From assembly GCA_049521795.1 (NCBI GenBank), contig JBEKOM010000008.1, forward strand, positions 1 to 64,000: a stretch of 64,000 nucleotides of DNA, read 5' to 3'. The DNA is from Candidatus Bathyarchaeia archaeon. GTDB taxonomy: Archaea; Thermoproteota; Bathyarchaeia; Bathyarchaeales; Bathycorpusculaceae. Each line of letters opens with the position of its first letter. Within the stretch, counting starts at the first letter, position 1. The translations under genes and the position numbers were made by a program. Positions 31,188-40,667 of this stretch are shown here, one piece after another. Below the pieces are notes generated by a model that saw only the letters and a program-made list of their open reading frames with translations, was not told the DNA's origin and searched no databases.

Positions 31188-32330
31188 TAGCAAATCAAGA
31201 TCTTGATTGCTCCTGACTAGGTGTAAGGTCACATTTTCCGTAGGCAGAGTGTATTCTTCCAGGTAACTGGACATCTCGTCGCCGTTTTTTATGCGAGTCT
31301 GATTGATCCCGACCAGTATGTCGTCAACGTGCACTCCTGCCTTGTCAGCCGGTCCTCCAGAGACCACTTCACCGATCCACCAGCCGTAGGTTACGTTTGT
31401 GTGCAGAGTCTGAGCTTGGAAGTAGTCCATGTCTCCTCCTCGGTCGGCCGTTGTTCCTACGCCCAGATATGAGTGGCCGTCGTAATGGCCAGTTGCAACC
31501 AAGCTTCCTAACTCCCTGAGTATCGTGTTCGATTCAACGGCAAAAACCACTCCCTGAGCCGGCGTGCCTTGAGAAACCTCAGCTGTAGCTGCAGTTATCC
31601 CCACGACTTCACCGTCGAGGTCCAGCAGGGGACCGCCAGAATTGCCCGGGTTTACAGGAGTGCTCGTTTGTATGATGTCAGCTATGGCAAAACCCCCAGC
31701 ATATTCGGTCTCAGTTATCGTCCTGCCGAGACCACTTATCACGCCCGTGGTCATCGACCCCGCTAAGCCGAAGGGAGCCCCTATCGCCACCACAGAGTCT
31801 CCGACCCTCAAGGTTGAGGAACTCGCGACAGCAATCGGCTTGAACTCATCCTCTGGAGCCCCTACAACCGAGACCACTGCTAAATCTGCGTACGGGTCTG
31901 TCCCATTCACTGTGGCTGCGTAGCCGTCACCGTTTGAAAAAGTCACGCTTAGGCTTGTCGTTCCGTGTACAACGTGGTTGTTTGTTACCACAAGCAATGA
32001 TCCCGTCATGTTGTAGACGAAACCTGAACCCTGAACGGTTCCGGTGCTCGTTTGGCCTTCAATCAGAACGACCGAGTCTTTGACTTTCCCATACAACTCG
32101 TTTAACGCAGTTGTGTTCCAAAATAGATTGATCGTCTGGTAGAGGTTCGTCTGGTTACCTGACATGCGCGACAGCGTACTTGAAAGGTTTGAAACATCAT
32201 TCTCAAGACTGTCGATCTTCTGCAAAAACACGTAAGATGTTGCCAGTCCTCCAATTATCAGCCCTGCAACGAGGACCAGAGCTATGACCGCCGCAGAGGA
32301 ACCCATACGATGCTCATTCATCTGATTCAC
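31152..32330 (-). CDS. HtrA/DegP-like serine protease with PDZ domain
   Basis: N-terminal TM, GSGF, TNNHVV, DLAV, NPGNSGGPL, PDZ (GGPADKAG). Confidence 0.92.
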   Translation of the reverse strand: MNQMNEHRMGSSAAVIALVLVAGLIIGGLATSYVFLQKIDSLENDVSNLSSTLSRMSGNQTNLYQTINLFWNTTALNELYGKVKDSVVLIEGQTSTGTVQGSGFVYNMTGSLLVVTNNHVVHGTTSLSVTFSNGDGYAATVNGTDPYADLAVVSVVGAPEDEFKPIAVASSSTLRVGDSVVAIGAPFGLAGSMTTGVISGLGRTITETEYAGGFAIADIIQTSTPVNPGNSGGPLLDLDGEVVGITAATAEVSQGTPAQGVVFAVESNTILRELGSLVATGHYDGHSYLGVGTTADRGGDMDYFQAQTLHTNVTYGWWIGEVVSGGPADKAGVHVDDILVGINQTRIKNGDEMSSYLEEYTLPTENVTLHLVRSNQDLDLLLTLGTRPPPPS

Positions 32331-32386
32331 CTTTCCCTAAGTGAGTTGAAAGACCCCTCTTAAGAGTTACGGAAAACCTGTTCCGG

Positions 32387-33523
32387 TCAATGCTTGAAGA
32401 GTCTAACGGCAAAAAGAGCCATGACCGGCATAGCAGCCCCTGCCACCATGAATGGATACTGCGGCGAAAACGCGTAGAGAAGACCACCAAGGTACGGGGC
32501 TATGAAGGAAACAAACATGCTTACCGTCTGAGGCACCGCCACCCAACGGGCTCTGCACGACTCTGGGGCCATAGGGCCTGCGATAGCACTCATCAAAGAC
32601 CACGTTAAGTATGAACCGCCGATCAGAACAAATGAGACTGCAAGAATTGCGAAACTGCCCGACAACAACAACAAAACCGTCGACACACTGCTCAGGATGG
32701 CAACCAGTGCAAGAGGATACGATTTGCCTGACCTGTCTCCGAGTCTGCCAAGGAGAACACTTAGTACGGCTGAGCTTGCAAAGGAAATTGAACCGAGAAC
32801 ACCCAATTCAAAATCGCCAAACTTGTACACATCGGCCACGAACTTTGGAATGAAAGGTCGAAACATCGTCAAAACAAACATTAACAGCGCGAAGAAAATC
32901 GTCATGATCAACAGTTTTCGATTTTTCAGAAGTTCTCTAAATGAATAATCATTCTCCGTGCCGGTTTGAATGTTCTTTGCGCGTTGGCTCTTGATGAAGA
33001 AAAGTGTCAGGCAGGCCAAAGAGTAAAGAATGAAGGCCGTGTAGAAAACAGGTTTCATGCCGATGTTTCCAGACAGAAATCCCCCTAGAGCAGGTGAAAA
33101 AACGTAACCGATTGACCATGCCGCGGACATCGTCGTGAAAGTCAACGTCAACATGCTGGGGTCAGCAGCTGTCACGATGTACGCTGTTCCCGCGGGTCCT
33201 CCCAGCCAGATGCCCCACATTATCATTCCAGGAAGCATTGCAATCCAGTTGCTGGCTGATGAAAAGATCAAAGGCACGGGTAACCATGCAAGCCACCCCG
33301 CGATCATGATCTTCTTGCGGTCGTACCTGTCTGCCAGCGTTCCTGAGATCAGAAGGGTCAGGGCAGCGGACAGACTGAGCACCGCGTAAAGTATCCCTAT
33401 CTGAACTGAGTCAGCGCCCAACGTGTTACTCATGTAAACCGGCAGAAGATACGCGAAGAGGCCGTCGCCGAAAGCGCCCACCAAGTTGCAAGTGAAGACC
33501 AATTTCAAATCTTTGTTCAGCAC
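32387..33523 (-). CDS. MFS transporter
   Basis: GTLADRYDRK and GRLGDRSGK motif A; about 12 TM. Confidence 0.9.
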   Translation of the reverse strand: MLNKDLKLVFTCNLVGAFGDGLFAYLLPVYMSNTLGADSVQIGILYAVLSLSAALTLLISGTLADRYDRKKIMIAGWLAWLPVPLIFSSASNWIAMLPGMIMWGIWLGGPAGTAYIVTAADPSMLTLTFTTMSAAWSIGYVFSPALGGFLSGNIGMKPVFYTAFILYSLACLTLFFIKSQRAKNIQTGTENDYSFRELLKNRKLLIMTIFFALLMFVLTMFRPFIPKFVADVYKFGDFELGVLGSISFASSAVLSVLLGRLGDRSGKSYPLALVAILSSVSTVLLLLSGSFAILAVSFVLIGGSYLTWSLMSAIAGPMAPESCRARWVAVPQTVSMFVSFIAPYLGGLLYAFSPQYPFMVAGAAMPVMALFAVRLFKH

Positions 33524-33607
33524 TGGCGAGCCTCCTGCGCCACTATCGTGTTAGATTGTTGTTCTTACTTTTTTCGGCGATTGCTGAACAGTCAACGACC
33601 TTCTGCG

Positions 33608-34630
33608 TCATGTTTCGTTGAGGCCATTTCTCCTGTCAACAAGGTCTAAGGCGTCAGGTCCAGTCCCTATGAGTGCAACCTGGACTCCTGTTTCTTTTTC
33701 AATTCTGCTGACGAACTGTTTTGCCTCATTTGGAACTTTCTCATATGATTTTGCGCCTTTACATTCTGGGTAAACGCAATCGAGTTTGGTTAACGCTATC
33801 TGTGTGGCTCCATCGATCATCACAGACCTCTTGGCAAGTTCGAAGTTGAAGGGTGCTGCACGTCTGTCTCGCCCAGTTCCTGCCGCTTTCTCAAACCATC
33901 CGCGCCTCATTGCTTCTTCTTTTGATATTTCTCCAGGCAGGGATCCTGTCCCCACGCGGGTCATGAAGGATTTCAGCACTAACAAAACGTCGTCGACTCT
34001 GGTTGGGCCTACACCTGCTTCTGAACATATCGCAGCAGCACTCGTATCTCTGCTGGTGACGTATGGGTATGTCCCATGGAACACAGAGAGCATCAGCCCT
34101 TGGGTTCCTTCGAGCAGAACCTTCTTCTGCTTGTTCAGTGCGTCATTGATTTCCGATGCCGCGTCTGCGAGGTAAGGCTTCAGTTCAGGAACATCTCTCA
34201 CAAGCTTGGCAGTCCTGCGCACACGTTCTTCAACCGCCGGACCGACACCCCAGCCCGTTGTTCCTAGACCCTTGAGGTGCTCGCTCGTCTTGTCCAGGGT
34301 CGAGTGCTTCTCCTCTATTATGGATGCTCGGCTGTCAACCCCTATGCGGTTCTTCACGCCGGTCTCCTCAACTTCTTTCAGAAACTGTTCAACGTGAACG
34401 TTTGCGCCTGGCCCGATCAGCAGCCGACATGCCTCATTGACGAAACCTCCTGGAACCATGTGTAACGCGTAGCGTTTACCCTTGTACCAGATCGTGTGGG
34501 CAGCGTTCACCGAACCTGTTCTCACGCAGCAGTCCACCTTGTCTTTAAGTGACAAATAGGATATTATTTTTCCTTTACCCTCATCTCCCCAGAAGCCGCC
34601 GGCTACAACTGTGCAAGGCATTTTTTTCAC
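33608..34630 (-). CDS. purA: Adenylosuccinate synthetase (short archaeal type)
   Basis: GGFWGDEGKGK, NAAHT, EGTQG, GTYPYVTS, TRVG.G, TKLD. Confidence 0.96.
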   Translation of the reverse strand: MKKMPCTVVAGGFWGDEGKGKIISYLSLKDKVDCCVRTGSVNAAHTIWYKGKRYALHMVPGGFVNEACRLLIGPGANVHVEQFLKEVEETGVKNRIGVDSRASIIEEKHSTLDKTSEHLKGLGTTGWGVGPAVEERVRRTAKLVRDVPELKPYLADAASEINDALNKQKKVLLEGTQGLMLSVFHGTYPYVTSRDTSAAAICSEAGVGPTRVDDVLLVLKSFMTRVGTGSLPGEISKEEAMRRGWFEKAAGTGRDRRAAPFNFELAKRSVMIDGATQIALTKLDCVYPECKGAKSYEKVPNEAKQFVSRIEKETGVQVALIGTGPDALDLVDRRNGLNET

Positions 34631-34692
34631 CGATCAGAGAATTTGCGTGGGTTTATTTAACATTGTTTGCCGGTTTCATGTCGAAAGAATAG

Positions 34693-35085
34693 CTATGATC
34701 CATGGGGCTGTCTGCGACTTGCAGCTTCAAGTTCTATCCTTCGCAGAAGCTCACCGATTTTTTCGCCTTTCTTCCTCAATTCCATCTTTGAAACGGTTCG
34801 GCCTCTCGGGCACAGCTCATCCACGAGCGGTACGTTCTGTTCGGTGTAAACAGCAGGGTATAGACGGCATCCGAACGGCCTAGACGCATAAGCTTTGCAG
34901 CGTCGCCTCTCAACATCATAGAAAACACAGTGTCCTCCACGATTTTGAAGCAACGCATAACCATGCCTGTCATATCTCACGAAGCTTTCGCTGCTGTAAC
35001 CTGCCTTCATCAGGAGCTGCACGTCATCTTCAGAAAGCAACATTTGAGTTTCTTTGCAGCATACTCCACAGTGCGAACAGCGCAT
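34693..35085 (-). CDS. YkgJ-family Cys-cluster protein
   Basis: CSHCGVCC...CVFYD...C..Y..RP..CRLYP. Confidence 0.88.
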   Translation of the reverse strand: MRCSHCGVCCKETQMLLSEDDVQLLMKAGYSSESFVRYDRHGYALLQNRGGHCVFYDVERRRCKAYASRPFGCRLYPAVYTEQNVPLVDELCPRGRTVSKMELRKKGEKIGELLRRIELEAASRRQPHGS

Positions 35086-35140
35086 GAAGGCTCTATAAGC
35101 CAGGCTTTTCTAATCTGCGTTTCGACTACTTTCTGCTTCT

Positions 35141-35380
35141 CTAACCGTCAGTAAGGATCAAGTTCAGGTTCAGCAACTCTGCCCATGCTATGTTTCTTAT
35201 GGAAACTCTCAAAGTGGGTCTATTGCCATACGGAACGCACGTGACAAAGTTCTCTCTTCTGAATTCGTCCTTCTTGATCCCTGCTACTTGAACGTTTATT
35301 ATCACAGAACCGTCTTTCAAGTGCAGGTTAACGTTTCTTCCGAGAAAAGACCTTGCCGTGTTAAGGCTGAAACCTTCCAT
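35141..35380 (-). CDS. Small hypothetical protein (79 aa), possibly Sm/SH3-like fold
   Basis: FLGRNVNLHLKDGSVI resembles Sm1; ATG lies 4 nt after the stop of the upstream mini-ORF, with GGTGA upstream. Confidence 0.65.
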   Translation of the reverse strand: MEGFSLNTARSFLGRNVNLHLKDGSVIINVQVAGIKKDEFRRENFVTCVPYGNRPTLRVSIRNIAWAELLNLNLILTDG

Positions 35381-35384
35381 GTTC

Positions 35385-35522
35385 TCACCACTCGAAGTCT
35401 CGGTCTGCCAGCTTGCTCCAGCAGCGTCGGCAAATCGGCAGCCTCTCTCCTTTGAAGAAAATGTAGACTTCAATGTCATTGTTCTTGCACTCTCCATCCC
35501 AAGGGTTTTTGCAACGTTCCAT
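35385..35522 (-). CDS. 45-aa Cys4 zinc-finger-like microprotein (absent from the ORF track)
   Basis: MERCKNPWDGECKNNDIEVYIFFKGERLPICRRCWSKLADRDFEW; GAGGTG RBS 5 nt before the ATG. Confidence 0.7.
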   Translation of the reverse strand: MERCKNPWDGECKNNDIEVYIFFKGERLPICRRCWSKLADRDFEW

Positions 35523-35760
35523 AATAGCACCTCTTCAGCATCTGGACACTCGCTGTTTTTGCTCTTAAGCTTCGCCTTGCCACGACATCAGCCGCCCGAA
35601 GAGAGATGAGTTAAAGTGATGCCGTCCACTGCTGGAATTACGGGTTCGACTGTGCAGAAATCTTTTAAGCAGTTGATTCCAGATTTGACGTCTGGCAATG
35701 AGCAGGTGAGAGAAGCTATTGCGCAGGTCTGCTGGCTGGATTTGGGAGGCTAAGTAGCAC

Positions 35761-36198
35761 ATGGGTCTGTTTAATCCAAACGCTTTTTTTCTATCTGACG
35801 TAAACTTGCTTCTTCAATTGGCAATTTTGGTCGTCTTGATTCTGGCGTTCTTTTTCAAGTCTAGGAAGAGTTATCTGAAGCATGGTGCAACTATGGGAAT
35901 TGCTGTCACCTTGCACACGGTTTTGATATTTGCCATAATGGTTCCCTCATTTGCGTCGCTCGTGGGCTCGTTTGGAAATCTGCTTTGGCCATCTGCGTTG
36001 GCGGTCCTATCGCACGCGGTTCTCGGAAGTCTAGTGGAATTACTCGGGCTGTATCTCGTCCTGGCATGGGCGCTGAATCGCTGGAATGTCAAAGTCTGCC
36101 ATGGAAATAAGAGATTCATGAAGCCCACGATCATCTTGTGGTTGATAGAAATAGCACTCGGTGCGTACGTGTACATATTGCTCTACGTGCCCTTGTAG
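35761..36198 (+). CDS. DUF420-like 4-TM membrane protein
   Basis: Four TM segments with His residues (KHG..M, LH, SHA). Confidence 0.65.
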   Translation: MGLFNPNAFFLSDVNLLLQLAILVVLILAFFFKSRKSYLKHGATMGIAVTLHTVLIFAIMVPSFASLVGSFGNLLWPSALAVLSHAVLGSLVELLGLYLVLAWALNRWNVKVCHGNKRFMKPTIILWLIEIALGAYVYILLYVPL

Positions 36199-36244
36199 CT
36201 CTTCACAGTTTAGGCTAAGATGGGTTGCAAGTCGGTTCGTGTCC

Positions 36245-36787
36245 CTAGATCTGGATTAGTTCGGGCACAATTCTCTCTTTTGTTACCCTTAGCAAGGCAA
36301 CGCTGGGCTTAGCTATGAACGAAGGAAGAGGGTTCGTTGGGCTTCCAGGGTTTATGAACAAGATGTCGCCGTTCCATTTTATGCTTGAATTATGCGTATG
36401 CCCATAGACCAGGACGTCGAAACCGTTCAGCTTGGCGATTTCACGCGCTTTTCTGATCCCGAAAAGTGTGCCAGGGTCATGAATCGCACCGATCTTCCAG
36501 TTGAACACTTTGAAGGAGTTCAACTTCTGAAGACCCCCACGAACCTCTGGCCCGTCCATGTTGCCATAGACAGCCAAGACTGGAGCGAGCTGTTCCAAGT
36601 CGTCGATAACTGACAACTCAACAAGGTCACCTGCGTGAACAATGTAATCAACGTTTTCAAAAACCTTGAAGACCGCTTTGGGGATCTCCCGTGCCCGAAC
36701 TGGCACGTGCGTGTCGGATATTAGGCCAACGACCTTGCCCGAACTTTCCTGCAGCCTGGGAAGAATCTGGTCTTGCTGGCTGACCAT
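36245..36787 (-). CDS. YfcE/Vps29-family metallophosphoesterase
   Basis: SDTH, HAGD, GNMD, GHTH, NPGS. Confidence 0.92.
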   Translation of the reverse strand: MVSQQDQILPRLQESSGKVVGLISDTHVPVRAREIPKAVFKVFENVDYIVHAGDLVELSVIDDLEQLAPVLAVYGNMDGPEVRGGLQKLNSFKVFNWKIGAIHDPGTLFGIRKAREIAKLNGFDVLVYGHTHNSSIKWNGDILFINPGSPTNPLPSFIAKPSVALLRVTKERIVPELIQI

Positions 36788-36950
36788 CAACTTGCACTTC
36801 CATGTGGCCTCTGACAGCTCACCGAAACGGTTCGAGCGCAAATTAACCATTCGGAACTTGGATATTAAAGCTTAAGGCGCAACCCGAGTTCTTGGCAAAT
36901 TAATAAGTAACCTGAAAAGCTATGCCTTTTGCAGATGGTGCAACAGTCAG

Positions 36951-38312
36951 ATGCATGGTGCTAAATTGTTAGAAGAAACAAGAGAAGAAGTGACGGCTCT
37001 TCTTAGAGATTTGATCCGCATCGATACGACTAACCCGCCGGGAAATGAAATCAAAGCTGCAGAATACTTGGCTGGAACATTGGAAGAAGACGGTTTCAAA
37101 TGTGAGCTCTTTGAGTCCAAGCCAAGTAGGGGCAGCTTGATAACGCGTATGAAAGGATGCGGCGAAGGACCGAGTCTTCTGCTTCTCTCACACTTGGATG
37201 TGGTTCCTGCAAATCCAAAGGAATGGAGCGTAGACCCCTTCGCCGGCATAGCCAAGGATGGCTTCGTCTGGGGACGCGGTGCATTGGACATGAAGTCCAT
37301 GACTGCTGTTGAAGTTATGGTCATGAAGCTCCTGAAGAAAAAGCGCGCCCAGTTGAAGGGTGACATCATACTCGCTGCAACAGCAGATGAAGAAAAAGGC
37401 GGAGAAGACGGAGTTGGCTGGCTGACGCGCAAACATCCAGAGAAAATTCGGGCAGACTACGTGATAAACGAAGGAGGAGGTCTAGCGATACCGGTCGACG
37501 GCAAAAACGTTTACACAGTTCAAACAGCGGAGAAAGGAATCTTATGGTTTAAGGTCAAGGCGAAAGGCACTCCTGGACACGGCTCGATACCAGGAGCATC
37601 GGACAACGCCATCGTGCGGATGAACAACGTCGTCCGTAAGCTTGAGCGATACCGTTCAAAAATCTCGTTAACGCCGACTGTCAAACGGTTCTTGGCTGAA
37701 ATGGCAAAAGAGCACAAGACGGCAAGGAAGACGTATACCAAGCTTCTTGAGAACCCGGCTGATGCTGATTCCGTTTTGGATGAACTTGCCAAGAAAGACA
37801 GGATTTTGGCTGAAGAGATACGGGCAAAGCTTAGGATGACGGTGACTCCCACCATGATTCACGGCGGAGTCAAAGAAAACATAATCCCGTCAGAATGCGA
37901 AGCTGTCTTTGACTGCAGAATCTTGCCGGGCCAGACCACTTCAGACGCCATGAACAAAATTAGGATCCTGCTCAAGAGCGTTGGCCTTGAAAAGTTAGAG
38001 TTTAAGACAATTCAGGCTAATGAGCCCTCAGAGTCGCCTCTTAACACCAAGCTGTACCGAGAGATCGTGAGTGCTCTGCGAAAATTCGACGCTGACTGTG
38101 CCGTTGCGCCAGACTTGCTGACCGGTGGAACTGACTCTCGATTTCTCAGGAGGCTGGGTGCTGTGTGTTACGGTTTTCAGCCTGTGCGTGCAGACATGTC
38201 CTACGGAGAATTGAAGAGTGGAATACACGGGGTTGATGAGAGGATATCGATCGATAACCTTGTGTTCGGAACGAGCGTCTTGTACCATGTTGTTGAGAGG
38301 TTCATGACTTAG
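36951..38312 (+). CDS. M20/M25/M40 metallopeptidase
   Basis: SHLDVVP, GRGALDMK, DEE, NEG, GGTD, HGVDE. Confidence 0.92.
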   Translation: MHGAKLLEETREEVTALLRDLIRIDTTNPPGNEIKAAEYLAGTLEEDGFKCELFESKPSRGSLITRMKGCGEGPSLLLLSHLDVVPANPKEWSVDPFAGIAKDGFVWGRGALDMKSMTAVEVMVMKLLKKKRAQLKGDIILAATADEEKGGEDGVGWLTRKHPEKIRADYVINEGGGLAIPVDGKNVYTVQTAEKGILWFKVKAKGTPGHGSIPGASDNAIVRMNNVVRKLERYRSKISLTPTVKRFLAEMAKEHKTARKTYTKLLENPADADSVLDELAKKDRILAEEIRAKLRMTVTPTMIHGGVKENIIPSECEAVFDCRILPGQTTSDAMNKIRILLKSVGLEKLEFKTIQANEPSESPLNTKLYREIVSALRKFDADCAVAPDLLTGGTDSRFLRRLGAVCYGFQPVRADMSYGELKSGIHGVDERISIDNLVFGTSVLYHVVERFMT

Positions 38313-38366
38313 AGTGAACCTATAAATACGGTTCAGTACAACTCATATGATTCAGTAGGAGAACCT

Positions 38367-38660
38367 GTGATGCCCGCGATAGAGGTTGGCAGAATATGCG
38401 TCAAGGTTTCGGGACGCGAGGCCGGAAGAAAATGTGTTATAGTCGACGTAGTTGACAAGAGTTTTGTGTTGATAACTGGACCGAAAACAGTGACTGGTAT
38501 CAGAAGGCGTAGGGCAAACGTCAACCACGTTGAACCTCTGCAAGACAGGGTGGAGATCAAGCGAGGCGCATCCGATGATGAGATTTCGGAAGCGCTGAAG
38601 GCTTCTGACAAGCTAGACATGATGGCGAAAGAAGTCAAGCCTGTCCTATCGGCGAAGTAG
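38367..38660 (+). CDS. rpl14e: 50S ribosomal protein L14e
   Basis: IEVGRICVKVSGREAGRKCVIVD...TGP...RRRANVNHVEP; conserved synteny with cbf5. Confidence 0.95.
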   Translation: MMPAIEVGRICVKVSGREAGRKCVIVDVVDKSFVLITGPKTVTGIRRRRANVNHVEPLQDRVEIKRGASDDEISEALKASDKLDMMAKEVKPVLSAK

Positions 38661-38793
38661 ACTAGACGGCCGCAGCCTGTGGGCACTTTTCCACAGAAAT
38701 CATGAAGTGCGAGGCAGGCAAGAAGCTGTGTTTCACATCTAAGCTCAAATACTTCAAACACTTTTTCTGTGTGCAAGGAGTGATATTGCCACT

Positions 38794-39826
38794 ATGCCTA
38801 GGACTGCTGCTCCATGGGAAGTTAAACATGAACTGCTTGTCAAAGCTGAGGATGAAACTGACCCGCGTTTTGGATGTAAGCCTGAAGAAAGGTCGGCTGA
38901 GGATTTGATGAAGTACGGTGTGATAAACGTTGACAAACCGGCCGGTCCGAGTAGCCACGAGGTTGCGGCGTGGGTTAAGCGCATCTTGAAGCAGGAGCAT
39001 GTTGGTCACGGCGGGACTCTAGAGGCTAAGGCTTAGCCAGAGAAATCCCAAAGTGACCGGCGTTCTGCCCGTGACTCTAGGGGACGCTACGAAAGTTGTT
39101 CAGGCGTTGCTTCACAGCGGGAAAGAGTACGTGTGCGTAATGAAGCTTCATAAAGACGTAAGCATAGAACAAATCAAGAAAGTGCTAGGTCAGTTTGAGG
39201 ACAACATCTATCAGCGACCTCCGTTAAGGGCTTCGGTCAAGCGTCAACTTCGAACCCGGCGCATCTTCTACCTGGACCTCCTAGAAACAGAAGGACGCAA
39301 GGTGCTCTTCAGAACCGGATGCGAAGGCGGCACGTACATACGCAAGCTATGCTTTGACATCGGCGAAGTCTTAGGCTGTGGCGCACACATGCAGGAGCTG
39401 CGAAGAAGTAGAGCCGGGCCGTTCGTTGAGGCAAACAGCGTGATCTTGCATGATGCTGCCTACAGTTTCATGATGTGGCAGGAAAAGAACGATGAAAAAT
39501 ATCTAAGACGGTTCATTCAGCCAATGGAGCGAGCCTTGGACATGATTCCAAAGGTTCATATTCGAGACTCAGCAGTGGACGCAGTGTGTCACGGTGCAAG
39601 CCTGACCGCTCCAGGGGTCCTATCGCTTGAAAGCAGTGTCAAAACAGGTTCAATGATTGCTGTTCTAACCCTGAAGAATGAGGCCGTTTGCTTGAGCCAA
39701 GCTGTCGTTGACGGAAACCAAGTCTTGAACATGGAGCACGGAGTTGTTGCGAAGACTCAAAGAGTGCTCATGCCCAGAGGTACGTATCCAAAACGCTGGA
39801 AGAGCGGTTCGAAAAAAGATGAGTAA
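38794..39826 (+). CDS. cbf5: H/ACA RNA-guided pseudouridine synthase Cbf5, split by a 22-nt intron (join 38794-39022, 39045-39826; 336 aa)
   Basis: DKPAGPSSH; GHGGTL-D-PKVTGVL restored on intron removal; KEY, GTYIR, PUA domain. Confidence 0.95.
39023..39044 (+). other. BHB-type mRNA intron in cbf5
   Basis: GGGA/TCCC outer helix, CTCT/AGAG 4-bp central helix, AGA and AAA 3-nt bulges, GGCTAA/TTAGCC intron stem. Cutting after the second nt of each bulge gives CTA GAT CCC. Confidence 0.93.
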
Positions 39827-40436
39827 GAAGAACAACAGCATAGAGCATTACTTTGTAGAACACCCAAAGTCAAGGGCAAGTTTTGGGCTGGTCTGCACCT
39901 ACCTGCGGGGAAGACCTTTCGAGTTCCTGACAGCCTCCGGCATATTTTCAAGAAGCCGAATCGACCTGGGTACAAGGCTGCTGATCGAATGCATGGTGCT
40001 TCCAAAAAAAGGCCACGTGCTGGACATCGGATGCGGCTACGGACCCGTCGGCATTGCCGCAGCGGCTTTCAACCCCAAACTGCACGTAGTACTGGCCGAC
40101 CTTAACAGCCGAGCAGTGTGGCTGGCAAGGCAGAATGTGGAAAAAAACCTTGTCTACAATGCCGAGGTAAGGCGGGGCAACCTGTACGAACCTGTTCAGG
40201 AGCTCCTTTTCGACTGTGTGCTTTCGAACCCGCCTGTGAGTGCTGGGCTGAAGACTGTCAGAGCGATAATCTGTGAAGCGCCAAAGCATATGCCGAACAA
40301 AGGCACTTTTCAAATGGTCGTCAGATCCAAGGTTGGCGGCAAAAGATTCCGCACCTTTTTCGAGGAGGCTTTTGGAAATGTTGAGGTTTCGGCGCGCGAA
40401 AGCGGCTATCGCGTCCTAATGTCCCACAAACATTAA
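39819..40436 (+). CDS. RsmC/MTS-like SAM-dependent methyltransferase
   Basis: GIFSRSRIDLGTRLL, VLDIGCGYG, SNPP. Confidence 0.9.
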   Translation: MSKKNNSIEHYFVEHPKSRASFGLVCTYLRGRPFEFLTASGIFSRSRIDLGTRLLIECMVLPKKGHVLDIGCGYGPVGIAAAAFNPKLHVVLADLNSRAVWLARQNVEKNLVYNAEVRRGNLYEPVQELLFDCVLSNPPVSAGLKTVRAIICEAPKHMPNKGTFQMVVRSKVGGKRFRTFFEEAFGNVEVSARESGYRVLMSHKH

Positions 40437-40459
40437 AGTCAATCGTCTAGGCGACTCAA

Positions 40460-40515
40460 AGACCTATGATAAACTGCAAGCCCTAGTGTGATTTGCTGGG
40501 TTTGAGCCGAGGTCT
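40460..40515 (+). ncRNA. Candidate box C/D sRNA
   Basis: Terminal stem AGACC/GGTCT closing box C-like ATGATAA and box D-like CCGA, with internal D'/C'-like CTAG and GTGATT; 56 nt. All boxes deviate from consensus. Confidence 0.35.
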
Positions 40516-40667
40516 GCAAACCAAGTATAATGCGCGCGCTTATCCTAGGCCCTTTCTTCTGTCTCGCTTATCGCTATGCCCTGGAATTTGGGTCTAATTG
40601 TGAAAAACCCTTTAATCCTACTGAACCTTTATAGGCAAGATTCAGAATACGGGAAACAACAGGTGTA

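Noticed and set aside
35141-35530. 129-aa ORF from the track
   Set aside because: Better explained as two RBS-led ORFs (45 aa and 79 aa).
38661-38790. Possible H/ACA RNA between rpl14e and cbf5 (GCACTT/AAGTGC, CTGTGG/CCACAG stems)
   Set aside because: No convincing K-turn or correctly placed ACA box.
38794-39826. cbf5 as a frameshifted pseudogene or two genes
   Set aside because: A perfect BHB intron restores the frame and the catalytic Asp.
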